64,000 nucleotides of DNA from an uncultured Acidobacteriota bacterium (GTDB lineage Bacteria; Acidobacteriota; UBA6911): the NCBI GenBank assembly GCA_963843575.1, contig CAWJKZ010000019.1:128001-192000 (forward strand). The letters are read 5' to 3'. Both the position numbers and the translations under genes were made by a program. How positions within the stretch are numbered: the first letter of the stretch is position 1; each line of letters opens with the position of its first letter. This document shows, piece by piece, positions 56,274-64,000 of the stretch. The notes under the pieces were generated by a model, which saw only the letters and a program-made list of their open reading frames with translations, searched no databases and was not told the DNA's origin.

Positions 56274-56972
56274 TTACCCGGTAGAGACCGCCTTCAACGC
56301 GGCCGCGATCCTTTCGAGTGCGGGGGGCGGGTGAACCGTTTCGTTCTTGACGATGCCGGCGAACATCAGTCCATAGCGATGACCGGCACGGCGCCGAACT
56401 TCGGCAGGAAGGGTCACCTCATCCTCCCCGAGCCGTAGCCCCACTTCGACCATCGTGCCTAACTGTAGCTCCGGATCTTCTTCGGGGCCGAACTCGAGCA
56501 GTATCCCGGTCAAACTCAGATCGAGCGGGATGGCGTGCAGTGTCCCCTCCCGTCGGACCAGGGAGACCCGGGCCGACAGACCCTTGCTGCTGTCGACGGG
56601 CACACGTAAGGCTCGCCTCGCTTCATGCCCGAAGAGCTCCGAGGGCATCCTCAGTGCCAGTTGGGCGCCAACCGAGGATGTTTCCAGACGGTGATCCACG
56701 AGCGTCGAGAAGAAGGCGCGGGATTCCCCGCGGTAGGAAAAAAATACCAGAGCGCTGGTGCCCACGCGCAGTTCCTGGGTCGGTTCGAAGACGTGTATCC
56801 TGATCATGTGCCCCGACATCAGGACGAGGCGCGCGTGGCGATACGCGGCCACGTCCTCCTCGAACAGGATTACGGCATGGGCGTGTTGTCTGCAGGCTTC
56901 GGCCAAGGCTTCCGAGGGATCCTGGTCGATGGGGCGCAAGTGATATTTTTCGTGAGCGATCGACAGATCCAC
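56274..56972 (-). CDS. PilZ domain-containing (YcgR-like) protein
   Basis: EARRALRV (RxxxR) and DLSLTG (DxSxxG), C-terminal YGLMF; GGAGG-8 nt-GTG at 56972. Confidence 0.85.
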   Translation of the reverse strand: MDLSIAHEKYHLRPIDQDPSEALAEACRQHAHAVILFEEDVAAYRHARLVLMSGHMIRIHVFEPTQELRVGTSALVFFSYRGESRAFFSTLVDHRLETSSVGAQLALRMPSELFGHEARRALRVPVDSSKGLSARVSLVRREGTLHAIPLDLSLTGILLEFGPEEDPELQLGTMVEVGLRLGEDEVTLPAEVRRRAGHRYGLMFAGIVKNETVHPPPALERIAAALKAVSTG

Positions 56973-56997
56973 GACGAGATCCTCCACATCCTACTTA

Positions 56998-57030
56998 CAA
57001 GAACGTAAGCAACGGGGATTCGTCCACCGG
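56998..57030 (-). promoter_or_regulatory. ECF-like promoter motif, copy 2
   Basis: Minus strand reads CCGGT-GGACGAA-N13-CGTTCTTG, preceded by an A8 tract and just upstream of the PilZ gene RBS. Confidence 0.6.
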
Positions 57031-57143
57031 GGGGACCGGATTTTTTTTCGCGTCACGCGCGCCCGGGTGAATCGCCATTCTCTCGGCCTCCCGGCGCGCA
57101 TAGTGGGTTGCGCCCCGTGCCCCGTCCGGATTAATCTTGGCCA

Positions 57144-59234
57144 GTGTATGGCTTGACCCTGTTCGTGAGCGCCTTCCTGCTCTTCTGGATTCAGCCCCTG
57201 CTGGGAAAGCGACTCCTCCCCTGGTTTGGCGGAAGCCCGGCCGTCTGGACCTCCTGCATGCTGTTTTTTCAGGTTCTCCTCCTTGCGGGGTACGGGTACG
57301 CGCACCTGATTGCCGGCCGCGCGCGCAGGACGCAGGCGGTGCTGCACGGGTCACTTCTGGCCCTCTCGCTGGCGACCCTTCCCCTGCTCGCTCCCTCGGC
57401 ATGGAAGCCGGCGGCCGATGGACGGCCCCTGCTCCGCATCCTGGGTCTCCTCGCTGCCGGCGTCGGGTTTCCCTGTTTCGTGCTCTCTGCGACGAGCCCG
57501 CTGCTGCAGGCTTGGTTCGGCCGGAGCCGGCCGGGCGAGTCTCCCTACCGGCTTTATGCACTTTCGAACGCGGGCTCGCTGCTGGCGCTTCTGGCGTTCC
57601 CGTTTCTGATCGAGCCGTCCCTTCCGCTCCGGAACCAGACCGGGATTTGGGCGGCGGCCTACGTCGCGTTCGCGGCCCTCTGCGGCTGGTGCGCCCTCGC
57701 CGGACTGGGTGCACCCAGCGGCGCCGTCGAGGGCGGCGGCCCCGCTACACCCTCCGTCGAACAGGAACCGGGCGCGGTGCGGCGGACTCTTTGGCTGGCA
57801 CTGCCCGCGTGCAGCTCTCTCATGCTGCTGTCCGCGACCAACCAGATGTGCCTGGATGTCGCCGCCATCCCGCTCCTGTGGGTTTTACCGCTCGCGATTT
57901 ACCTGCTCTCGTTCGTCGTGTGCTTTCACAGGCCGGAGTGGTATGTCCGCCCCATTTTCGGGATCCTGCTGGCTGCAGCCCTCGCCTGGTCCTGCGACGT
58001 GCTGGTCGACGGCGTGTTCGCCCCGCTGGGGCGGCAGATCGCCTCTGGCTCGCTGACCCTCTTCGCCGTGTGTATGGTCTGCCACGGCGAACTGGTCCGG
58101 ATCAAGCCCGGCACACGACACCTTACGGCCTACTACGGGATGATCGCCGCGGGGAGCGCAGTGGGGGCGCTTTTCGTCTCGCTCCTGGCGCCAGTGCTGT
58201 TCACGGGGTACTGGGAGTACCCCGTCGCCCTGATGGCTGCCGGCCTCGTGGTCGTCGTGCTGACCTTCGTGGAAGGGGCGAGGTTCGCCTACCGCGGCAA
58301 GTCCGTCCGAGCCTGGATCGTGCTTTGCGTGCCGCTGGCGGTCCTGGGGTTGGTCCTGGGATCCCACCTCGAGCTTGCCATGACTGGCAACCTGGAGATG
58401 GCGCGGAGTTTCTATGGGGTCCTGCGCGTTTTCGAGAACAACCGCGGCGACCCGCGCCTGCACCGCGTCACCCTGATGCACGGCCGGGTCCAGCACGGGT
58501 TTCAGTACCAGTCCCCGTTCCGACGCAACTGGCCTACCTCCTACTACGGGCCCGCGAGCGGCATCGGCCTCGCCCTGCGCTATCATCCGAAACGGAACGA
58601 GGGTCCGAAGACTCTGAGGATCGGCGTCGTCGGGCTGGGGACTGGGACACTCGCGAGCTACGGCCAGCCGGGCGACACCATGCGCTTCTACGAGCTCAAC
58701 CCCGACGTCGTGCGCCTCTGCCGGAAGTATTTCTCGTACCTGAGCAACAGCGCCGCCCAGGTGGCCGTCGTCCCGGGAGACGCGCGGATCGCGATGCAAC
58801 AGGAGAATGCGCGCGGGGAGGACTGCCGTTTCGACGTGCTTGCCGTCGACGCGTTCAGCGGCGACGCCATCCCCATGCACCTGCTGACACGGGAGTGCGC
58901 CGAGATCTACTGGTCCCACCTGCAGCCGGACGGCATCCTGGCGCTCCACGTCAGCAGCAGGTACTTCGATCTGACCCCGGTCGCGCGGGGCTTGGTCTCC
59001 GTGCTGCCCGGGGAGGGGACCGAGGCGTCGCTGGTTGCCAGTCCGCGCCGCACCGACGAGGGAATCGAAGCATCCGACTGGGTTCTGCTCACGGCCAACG
59101 CGGAGTTCTTGAGGACGGGCGCCGTCCGGCGGGCGATCCGGCCGTGGACGGAAGACGACCTGCCGCCGGTGCTCTGGACCGACGACTACAGCAACCTCTT
59201 TCGCCTGCTCCGGCGCGGCTCCCACCTGTTCTAG
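57144..59234 (+). CDS. Fused membrane domain / spermidine synthase-like SAM-dependent methyltransferase
   Basis: SAFLLFWIQP, FGGSPAVW, PYRLYALSNAGS, CHGEL, VVGLGTG, YELNP, GDAR, DAFSGDAIPMHLLT and WTDDYSNL. Confidence 0.9.
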   Translation: MYGLTLFVSAFLLFWIQPLLGKRLLPWFGGSPAVWTSCMLFFQVLLLAGYGYAHLIAGRARRTQAVLHGSLLALSLATLPLLAPSAWKPAADGRPLLRILGLLAAGVGFPCFVLSATSPLLQAWFGRSRPGESPYRLYALSNAGSLLALLAFPFLIEPSLPLRNQTGIWAAAYVAFAALCGWCALAGLGAPSGAVEGGGPATPSVEQEPGAVRRTLWLALPACSSLMLLSATNQMCLDVAAIPLLWVLPLAIYLLSFVVCFHRPEWYVRPIFGILLAAALAWSCDVLVDGVFAPLGRQIASGSLTLFAVCMVCHGELVRIKPGTRHLTAYYGMIAAGSAVGALFVSLLAPVLFTGYWEYPVALMAAGLVVVVLTFVEGARFAYRGKSVRAWIVLCVPLAVLGLVLGSHLELAMTGNLEMARSFYGVLRVFENNRGDPRLHRVTLMHGRVQHGFQYQSPFRRNWPTSYYGPASGIGLALRYHPKRNEGPKTLRIGVVGLGTGTLASYGQPGDTMRFYELNPDVVRLCRKYFSYLSNSAAQVAVVPGDARIAMQQENARGEDCRFDVLAVDAFSGDAIPMHLLTRECAEIYWSHLQPDGILALHVSSRYFDLTPVARGLVSVLPGEGTEASLVASPRRTDEGIEASDWVLLTANAEFLRTGAVRRAIRPWTEDDLPPVLWTDDYSNLFRLLRRGSHLF

Positions 59235-59286
59235 GGCCCGGCCCCGAGTCTCTTCAGCTTGTCGTTCTTGCAGTATTTCCTCGACG

Positions 59287-59478
59287 GTGATCAACCAGAT
59301 CGATCGGGCGGACAGGGCGTTCCAGTTCGTGGATTGGCTGTTCGACGGGGACGACATCATCGCCGTGAGCCGAACCGCGTGGGATGGGGCTCGCAGGCCC
59401 CACGACGCAAACTACATGACGTTTCACCGGATCAGGGACTTTCGCCGCCGCGGCCTGCACGACCCGCCGCTATTCTAA
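59287..59478 (+). pseudogene. C-terminal remnant of a sialidase/BNR-like protein
   Basis: FQFVDWLFDGDDIIAVSRTA...HDANYMTFHRIRDFR resembles the C-terminal blade of exo-alpha-sialidase-annotated proteins (recalled similarity). No N-terminal part present. Confidence 0.55.
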
Positions 59479-59539
59479 TTCGGCGCTGGGGCAAGCCGGT
59501 TCCGAACCCCGATGACCGGTTGTCCTCGCGGTATCGTGA

Positions 59540-60034
59540 TCAGATAAACACGCCCGCTGGCGGGCGGCCGATCGCTCGCCTCCACGCCGCGAGCTGCCCC
59601 GCGTGGAACGCCGCGTGAGCCGCGACGACCTGGAGTACGGCGTCGCCCGTCGTCGGGAATGTGCGGCGAGCGTCGACGTCGGGCACTGGCGCCGCCAATC
59701 CGGCTTCGCCCGCCGCGAGAAGGGCGGTGCGGAGCCGCCGGCTTGCATCGCTCAACGCGGCGAGCAGGGCGTCCTTGCCCAGTTGCTGCGACGCCGTCTT
59801 TTCGGGGGCGGTGCCGTACCCGAAGCGTGACTCCCACTCCCCACCGAGCCATGGCGCGTCCCCCAGCTCGCACGCGATTGCCTGGAAACTGAAGACGAGG
59901 TGTCCGAGCGTCCAGGCGGCGTGATTGGGGACCCCCTGCGGTTGAACGATCATCTCATCATCGGACAGGTCCGCCACGAGTTCGTGCACGAAGGCCACCG
60001 TCCGGTCCAGACAGCTCACGAGTTCCGGAACCAT
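59540..60034 (-). CDS. DinB family protein
   Basis: NHAAWTLGHL and AHAAFHAGQL His triad; C-terminal WRRAIG. Confidence 0.88.
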   Translation of the reverse strand: MVPELVSCLDRTVAFVHELVADLSDDEMIVQPQGVPNHAAWTLGHLVFSFQAIACELGDAPWLGGEWESRFGYGTAPEKTASQQLGKDALLAALSDASRRLRTALLAAGEAGLAAPVPDVDARRTFPTTGDAVLQVVAAHAAFHAGQLAAWRRAIGRPPAGVFI

Positions 60035-60304
60035 CTCGCTCCTTGGGCTGGTTGCCGGGCGCTGCACTTCCCTGCGTGGGCCCGGCGAACCTTCGGTCTC
60101 TGCAGCATCGTCCTGAGAGTACACCCTTTTGCGTTTTCGGAGCGGCGTCGTGCTTGGGCCGTAAACCGCTCCGAGTTGAGGAGAGGTCCCCGGCTGGCCC
60201 GGTTTCTTGCCCCGAGGGATCCCGAACAACCGCGGCGAACTGCCTTTACCCGCCGCCAGCAGGCATGCTACCCTACGCGACGTTGCTGCGCGCTCCCGCC
60301 GCAC

Positions 60305-60381
60305 GGGCCCATAGCTCAGTTGGTTAGAGCAGCTGACTCATAATCAGCGGGTCGCAGGTTCGAGTCCTGCTGGGCCCACCA
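60305..60381 (+). tRNA. tRNA with CAT anticodon, most likely tRNA-Ile2 (lysidine)
   Basis: GGGCCCA acceptor stem, TAGCTCAGTTGGTTAGAGC D arm, CTGAC-TCATAA-TCAG anticodon arm, GGTTCGAGTCC T loop, encoded CCA. Paired G1-C72 excludes the initiator; sequence resembles E. coli ileX. Confidence 0.93.
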
Positions 60382-60460
60382 GTGATCTCAACTACTTACA
60401 GCTGGCATCGAATAGCCCAGAATCACGAAAATCGCTCTAGGGTAACACCGGGGTAACAGC
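60382..60460 (+). other. Probable island junction with integrase arm-type repeats
   Basis: tcaactacttac directly after the tRNA, direct repeat gggtaaca at 60440 and 60451, and lower GC downstream. Confidence 0.45.
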
Positions 60461-60544
60461 CGGCTGGATTTCCTATGCTTGCCTTTGGCGATTTGGAGTC
60501 GGGCTCCATTTAGGATATGCTCGGGATCCAAAGCGAGAGGCTGG

Positions 60545-60829
60545 ATGCCTACCATACTTTTCGTCCTGGGCTGGAGGTTCTTCTTTTACAGCAATGAGGG
60601 AAACGAGCCCCCGCACGTGCATGCCCGCAAGGGAGACGCCGAGTGCAAGTACTGGCTGAAACCTGATCTTTTTGAGATCGAGGAGGCATGGTCGTACAAC
60701 CTGACGCCGCGACTGCGGCGCGAGGTGCGCAAGATCATTTTTGACCACTTCGAACTGATCATGGGAGAATGGGAGAAAGCTTTTGGGGGGAAACGTAATG
60801 AAAGCGACCGAACCGCTGACGGCGAGTGA
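60545..60829 (+). CDS. DUF4160 domain protein (putative toxin)
   Basis: MPTILFVLGWRFFFYSNEGNEPPHVH and KYWL. Confidence 0.88.
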   Translation: MPTILFVLGWRFFFYSNEGNEPPHVHARKGDAECKYWLKPDLFEIEEAWSYNLTPRLRREVRKIIFDHFELIMGEWEKAFGGKRNESDRTADGE

Positions 60830-61040
60830 AATCGAGGCGACGCTCGAGGCCCTCGTCCTTGTGGTGGGCGGTCGCAATTTCCGTGTGCCTTGGGAGAAGT
60901 GTTCCAGCCGGCTCGCGGTCGCGACGGAGCACGAACGTCTTCACGCCGAGCTTTCGCCAGGCGGTTACGGCATCCACTGGCCTTTGATCGACGAGGACCT
61001 GTCCGTCAGCGGACTTCTGCGGGATCTACACGGGGCCTGA
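60798..61040 (+). CDS. DUF2442 domain protein (putative antitoxin)
   Basis: VPW...RLAVAT...ELSPGGYGIHWPLIDEDLSVSGLL; overlaps the DUF4160 gene. Confidence 0.88.
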   Translation: MKATEPLTASEIEATLEALVLVVGGRNFRVPWEKCSSRLAVATEHERLHAELSPGGYGIHWPLIDEDLSVSGLLRDLHGA

Positions 61041-61340
61041 CGGCGTCATCGCAAAAACCCGACGCGCGTTTGAAGCATGTCGATCCCGGGCACCGCAACT
61101 AACTCCTTTCGTCCTGTTCCGACCTCGAATCGGCTTGGACGGAGCCGCAGCTCCAGGGAATCCTCGCGTGCCGTTAGCAAATACGCACCCAGCCGAAGTC
61201 TCAGTGTCGGAACACCCGATGCAAACTGCGCAGCCAGCCGGTGGCCTTCGTGAAGAGGGAAGTCTCGCGCGGAAAGATCCTGGTGCGGCTGGGCCTTTCG
61301 CCGGATGCGGCTGTTCAGGCCGCGGTGAGCGGGTACGAAA

Positions 61341-62498
61341 GTGAGTAGCGTCGACCAGCAGGCGATCTACCCCGGCTTGCGCTGGTCCGAGGTCGGCTTG
61401 GAGGGCCCGGTCACCGACGCCATCCAACCCGTGGAATTCCAGGTTCCTCCGTCGCCTACCTGCGCTGGTTCTGGTTCCAACTCGAGCCGGAGCGCGGGAA
61501 GTACCGCTGGGAGATCCTCGACTCTGCGCTCGACGAAGCGCGCAAGCACGGCCAGGTGCTCAGTATCAGGCTCATGCCTTACGACCAGGGCAACCCGATG
61601 CCGCGAGGCGCCCGCCGTGCGAACAAACCGGAAGACGAGGACGGGACGTGGTCGCCCGATGCGGACGACCTTTCTTACGTGAAGTACTGGCGCACCCTCA
61701 TCCTCGAAGCCGGCCGCCGCTACGACGGGCACCCGTATCTCGACACAGTCGATATTTCCACGGTCGGGTACTGTGCGGCGAAGACTGGGGGCCGTACCTG
61801 CCGTCGTGGGCCGTGCTGCAGGGGCTGGTCGACCTCTATTTCGAGGCTTTCACGCGCACGCCGCTGCCGATGAATTTCGACGAGCCCATGGCCCTCGTCT
61901 ACAGGTGCGAGGTTCGACATGTACCCACAGCGGATTGCGCGGGGAGGCCTCCAGGACATCTGTTGGAGTTCGCCCGTGTTGCTCGAGACGTGCGGCACCC
62001 CGGGTTCCTGGAAGAACATGAAGTACGAGCTGAAACGGATCCTGGACCAGGCGCTAGGGTGGCACGCTTCGACCATCAACGAGAAGGCGACGAAGATTCC
62101 CGACGAGTCAAAGAAGGATTTCGAGGAGTTTCAAAAGCAGATCGGGTACAGGTACATGCTGCGCCGCTGAGTACCCGCCTAAAATCAAGGCCAACCGCAT
62201 GCTCCCTGTAAAGATGTGGCGGTTCAACGCGGGTGTGACGCCGGTTTACCGGGAGTACCGGCTGATGCTGCGTATGGGCAGCTCGCAGATCGAGGTGCCG
62301 GTGGACGTACGTAAGTGGCTGCCGGGCGGTGCGGTCTAAGAAGGCTCGCTCTACGTCGACGGGGCGCTCCCGCCGGGACAGTATAAGATCGCGGTGGCGA
62401 TGGTGGATCCGAGAACGGGTCAGCCCGTCATCCGGCTCGCGATGGAGGGCCGCCAACCCGATCGCTGGTACGACCTCGGCACCTTGGCGATCCGGTAA
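61341..62498 (+). pseudogene. Degraded DUF4832-type glycoside hydrolase-like gene
   Basis: Fragments YLRWFW..LEP..GKYRWE, LSIRLMPYD, GRRYDGHP, QIGYRYMLRR, NAGVTPVY and WLPG, broken by shifts, apparent deletions and an in-frame TAA near 62337. Confidence 0.65.
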
Positions 62499-62599
62499 GG
62501 CTCATGTGCTGTTTGGTAGCTGAAAGCCAAGGAATTACGACGTGCTTGCTGCGGTGCCGCCTTTGGCCTGGAGTATTCCACTCGATGTCGCCGGACCCG

Positions 62600-62890
62600 C
62601 GGACGATATATTCCATCACCCGCATCGTCCGCTCCGGGTGGCCATTTCCTTCAGCCTGAAATACCCGGCCGCACCACGTTGTTCCCTGCCGCGAGTGCGC
62701 TGATCGTAGGAACGAATCTCGAATTCGTGATTCCGATGCGGAGCCTGCAGGCGCCTTGCCCGGCGGCAGAGACGCTCGCCTCGCCGAAGCTCATGTGCGG
62801 CATATGGTCCGCCTAGTATAGCGTGCGCGTCAGATTGCGGTGGCACAGCTCCTCATTCTTGAACCTGGGCGGCACGCGTCGCTGCTGTCG
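62600..62890 (-). pseudogene. Fragment of an M14-type peptidase C-terminal region
   Basis: Minus frame RRVPPRFKNEELCHRNLTRTLY*ADHMP...ITNSRFVPTISALAAGNNVVRP with an internal stop; family assignment is from recalled similarity only. Confidence 0.4.
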
Positions 62891-62949
62891 TAACGTGTTG
62901 CTCAGGGTCTGCTCGACGATGTAGTTCTGGCCGCTCTGCAAAAAGCCGG

Positions 62950-64000
62950 ATGGCCGACACTGCGGCGCATCTCGTCGACCGTGTTTTCCCGGAAGCCCCT
63001 GTCCGCCAATGGGTACTGTCGCTTCCTTTTTCGCTGCGCTACCTTCTGGCCTGCAACGCAGGCCTGGTCAGGGAAGTTCTGCAGATATTCGTGCGTGCAG
63101 TGTTCGCGTCGATCCGCCGCCGGGCGGGTTTCCCCGCTTCGAGCCGGAGAGCGAGGTGCGGCGCCGTCACCTTCGTGCAGCGGTTTGGGGATGCCCTTAA
63201 CCTCAATGTTCATTTCCATACTCTCGCCCTCGATGGGATCTACGTTGCCGACAATGATGGCAAGCTGGCCTTCCGCCGGGTTGGGCCTCCGGGCGATGCA
63301 GAAGTGGCGCGAGTGGCGGAACGCGTCTCACGCCGCGTGCGCCGGCTTCTCGAACGCCGCGGCCTGGGCCCGCACTCGAGCGCGGAAGAAGACGACCTGC
63401 CCTCTCAGACCCAGCCGATGCTTGCAGAACTCTGCGGTGCTTCCATCATCGGCCGCGTCGCAGCCGGGGCTCGGGCGGGCGAGCGCCTCGCGAAGGTCGG
63501 TGACGCGGTGGAGGTGGAAGACCTGCCTGTAACCGGCGGCCGGAGCTGCGCTGCGGTTTGCGGCTACAACGTTCATGCGGGCGTGTGCGTCGCCGCCCGC
63601 GACCGGCTGCGCCTCGAGCATCTGTGTCGTTATGCCGGTTCGTCCTCCGCTTGCCGCCGAGCGTTTGAGGACCTTGCCTGACGGCAGGCTTCTGTACCGT
63701 CTCAGGCACCGCTGGCGCGACGGAACCACTCACGTCATTTTCGAACCGCCGGATCTGGTTGCGAGAGTCGCGGCCCTTGTGCCGCCGCCGCGGTTCAACG
63801 TTGTGAGATATCACGGAATCCTGGCGCCCTGCGCGGCTCTCAGGCCGATGGTCGTCCCCGAACCTGCGTCACACGAACCATTTGAGAAAAGACGGCATCC
63901 AGGCTGTTCGAATGCAGATGACGACTTCGCCGATAATTCCGAACGCTCCGCAAGCAAAAGGCGATGCCATCCCCGGAATTACACATGGGCCGAGCTCATG
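62950..64000 (+). mobile_element. IS91/ISCR-like HUH transposase, N-terminally truncated, frameshift near 63640, runs off the window
   Basis: MADTAAHLVDRVFP, RQWVLSLP, QRFGDALNLNVHFH (HUH) and LEHLCRY; shifted frame WRDGTTHVIFEP, LVPPPRFNVVRYHG and WAELM. Confidence 0.88.

Noticed and set aside
56342-56349. Additional CGTTCTTG as another ECF promoter
   Set aside because: Lies inside the PilZ coding region and lacks the CCGGT..CGAA element at the right distance.
60305-60381. Initiator or elongator tRNA-Met call
   Set aside because: Paired G1-C72 and the absence of three consecutive G-C anticodon-stem pairs exclude the initiator; overall sequence is closer to Ile2, though elongator Met is not strictly excluded.
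62160-62830. In-frame TGA/TAA/TAG codons in island genes as recoding events
   Set aside because: They occur with deletions and shifts in decayed fragments, outside any Cys-like motif and without an obvious SECIS hairpin.

Overview
High-GC bacterial chromosome segment; gene content, repeat families and architectures suggest Acidobacteriota (inference, no database search). About 50 kb is housekeeping: GT2, dacB, a GGDEF protein, alaX-like, thrC, hslVU, fsa, an acyl-CoA carboxylase trio, folC-accD, queF, xseAB-ispA-tlyA-nadK, maf, rpsO-pnp, larB, dnaG-rpoD. An accessory block follows (50.8-60.3 kb), then tRNA-Ile2(CAT) and the start of a probable island (DUF4160/DUF2442 toxin-antitoxin pair, pseudogenes, IS91/ISCR-like transposase). 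Single-base frameshifts occur even in essential genes such as dnaG, so most are probably long-read errors. Highlights: (1) an ECF-type sigma factor coupled to a zinc anti-sigma/TM/TPR/CHAT caspase-like protein, with two neighbouring genes sharing an identically spaced ECF-like promoter motif and a stand-alone zinc anti-sigma protein; (2) a hidden C-G-U selenoprotein candidate with a SECIS-like hairpin; (3) at least four families of short palindromic or MITE-like repeats, some contributing to gene ends; (4) several apparently leaderless genes.
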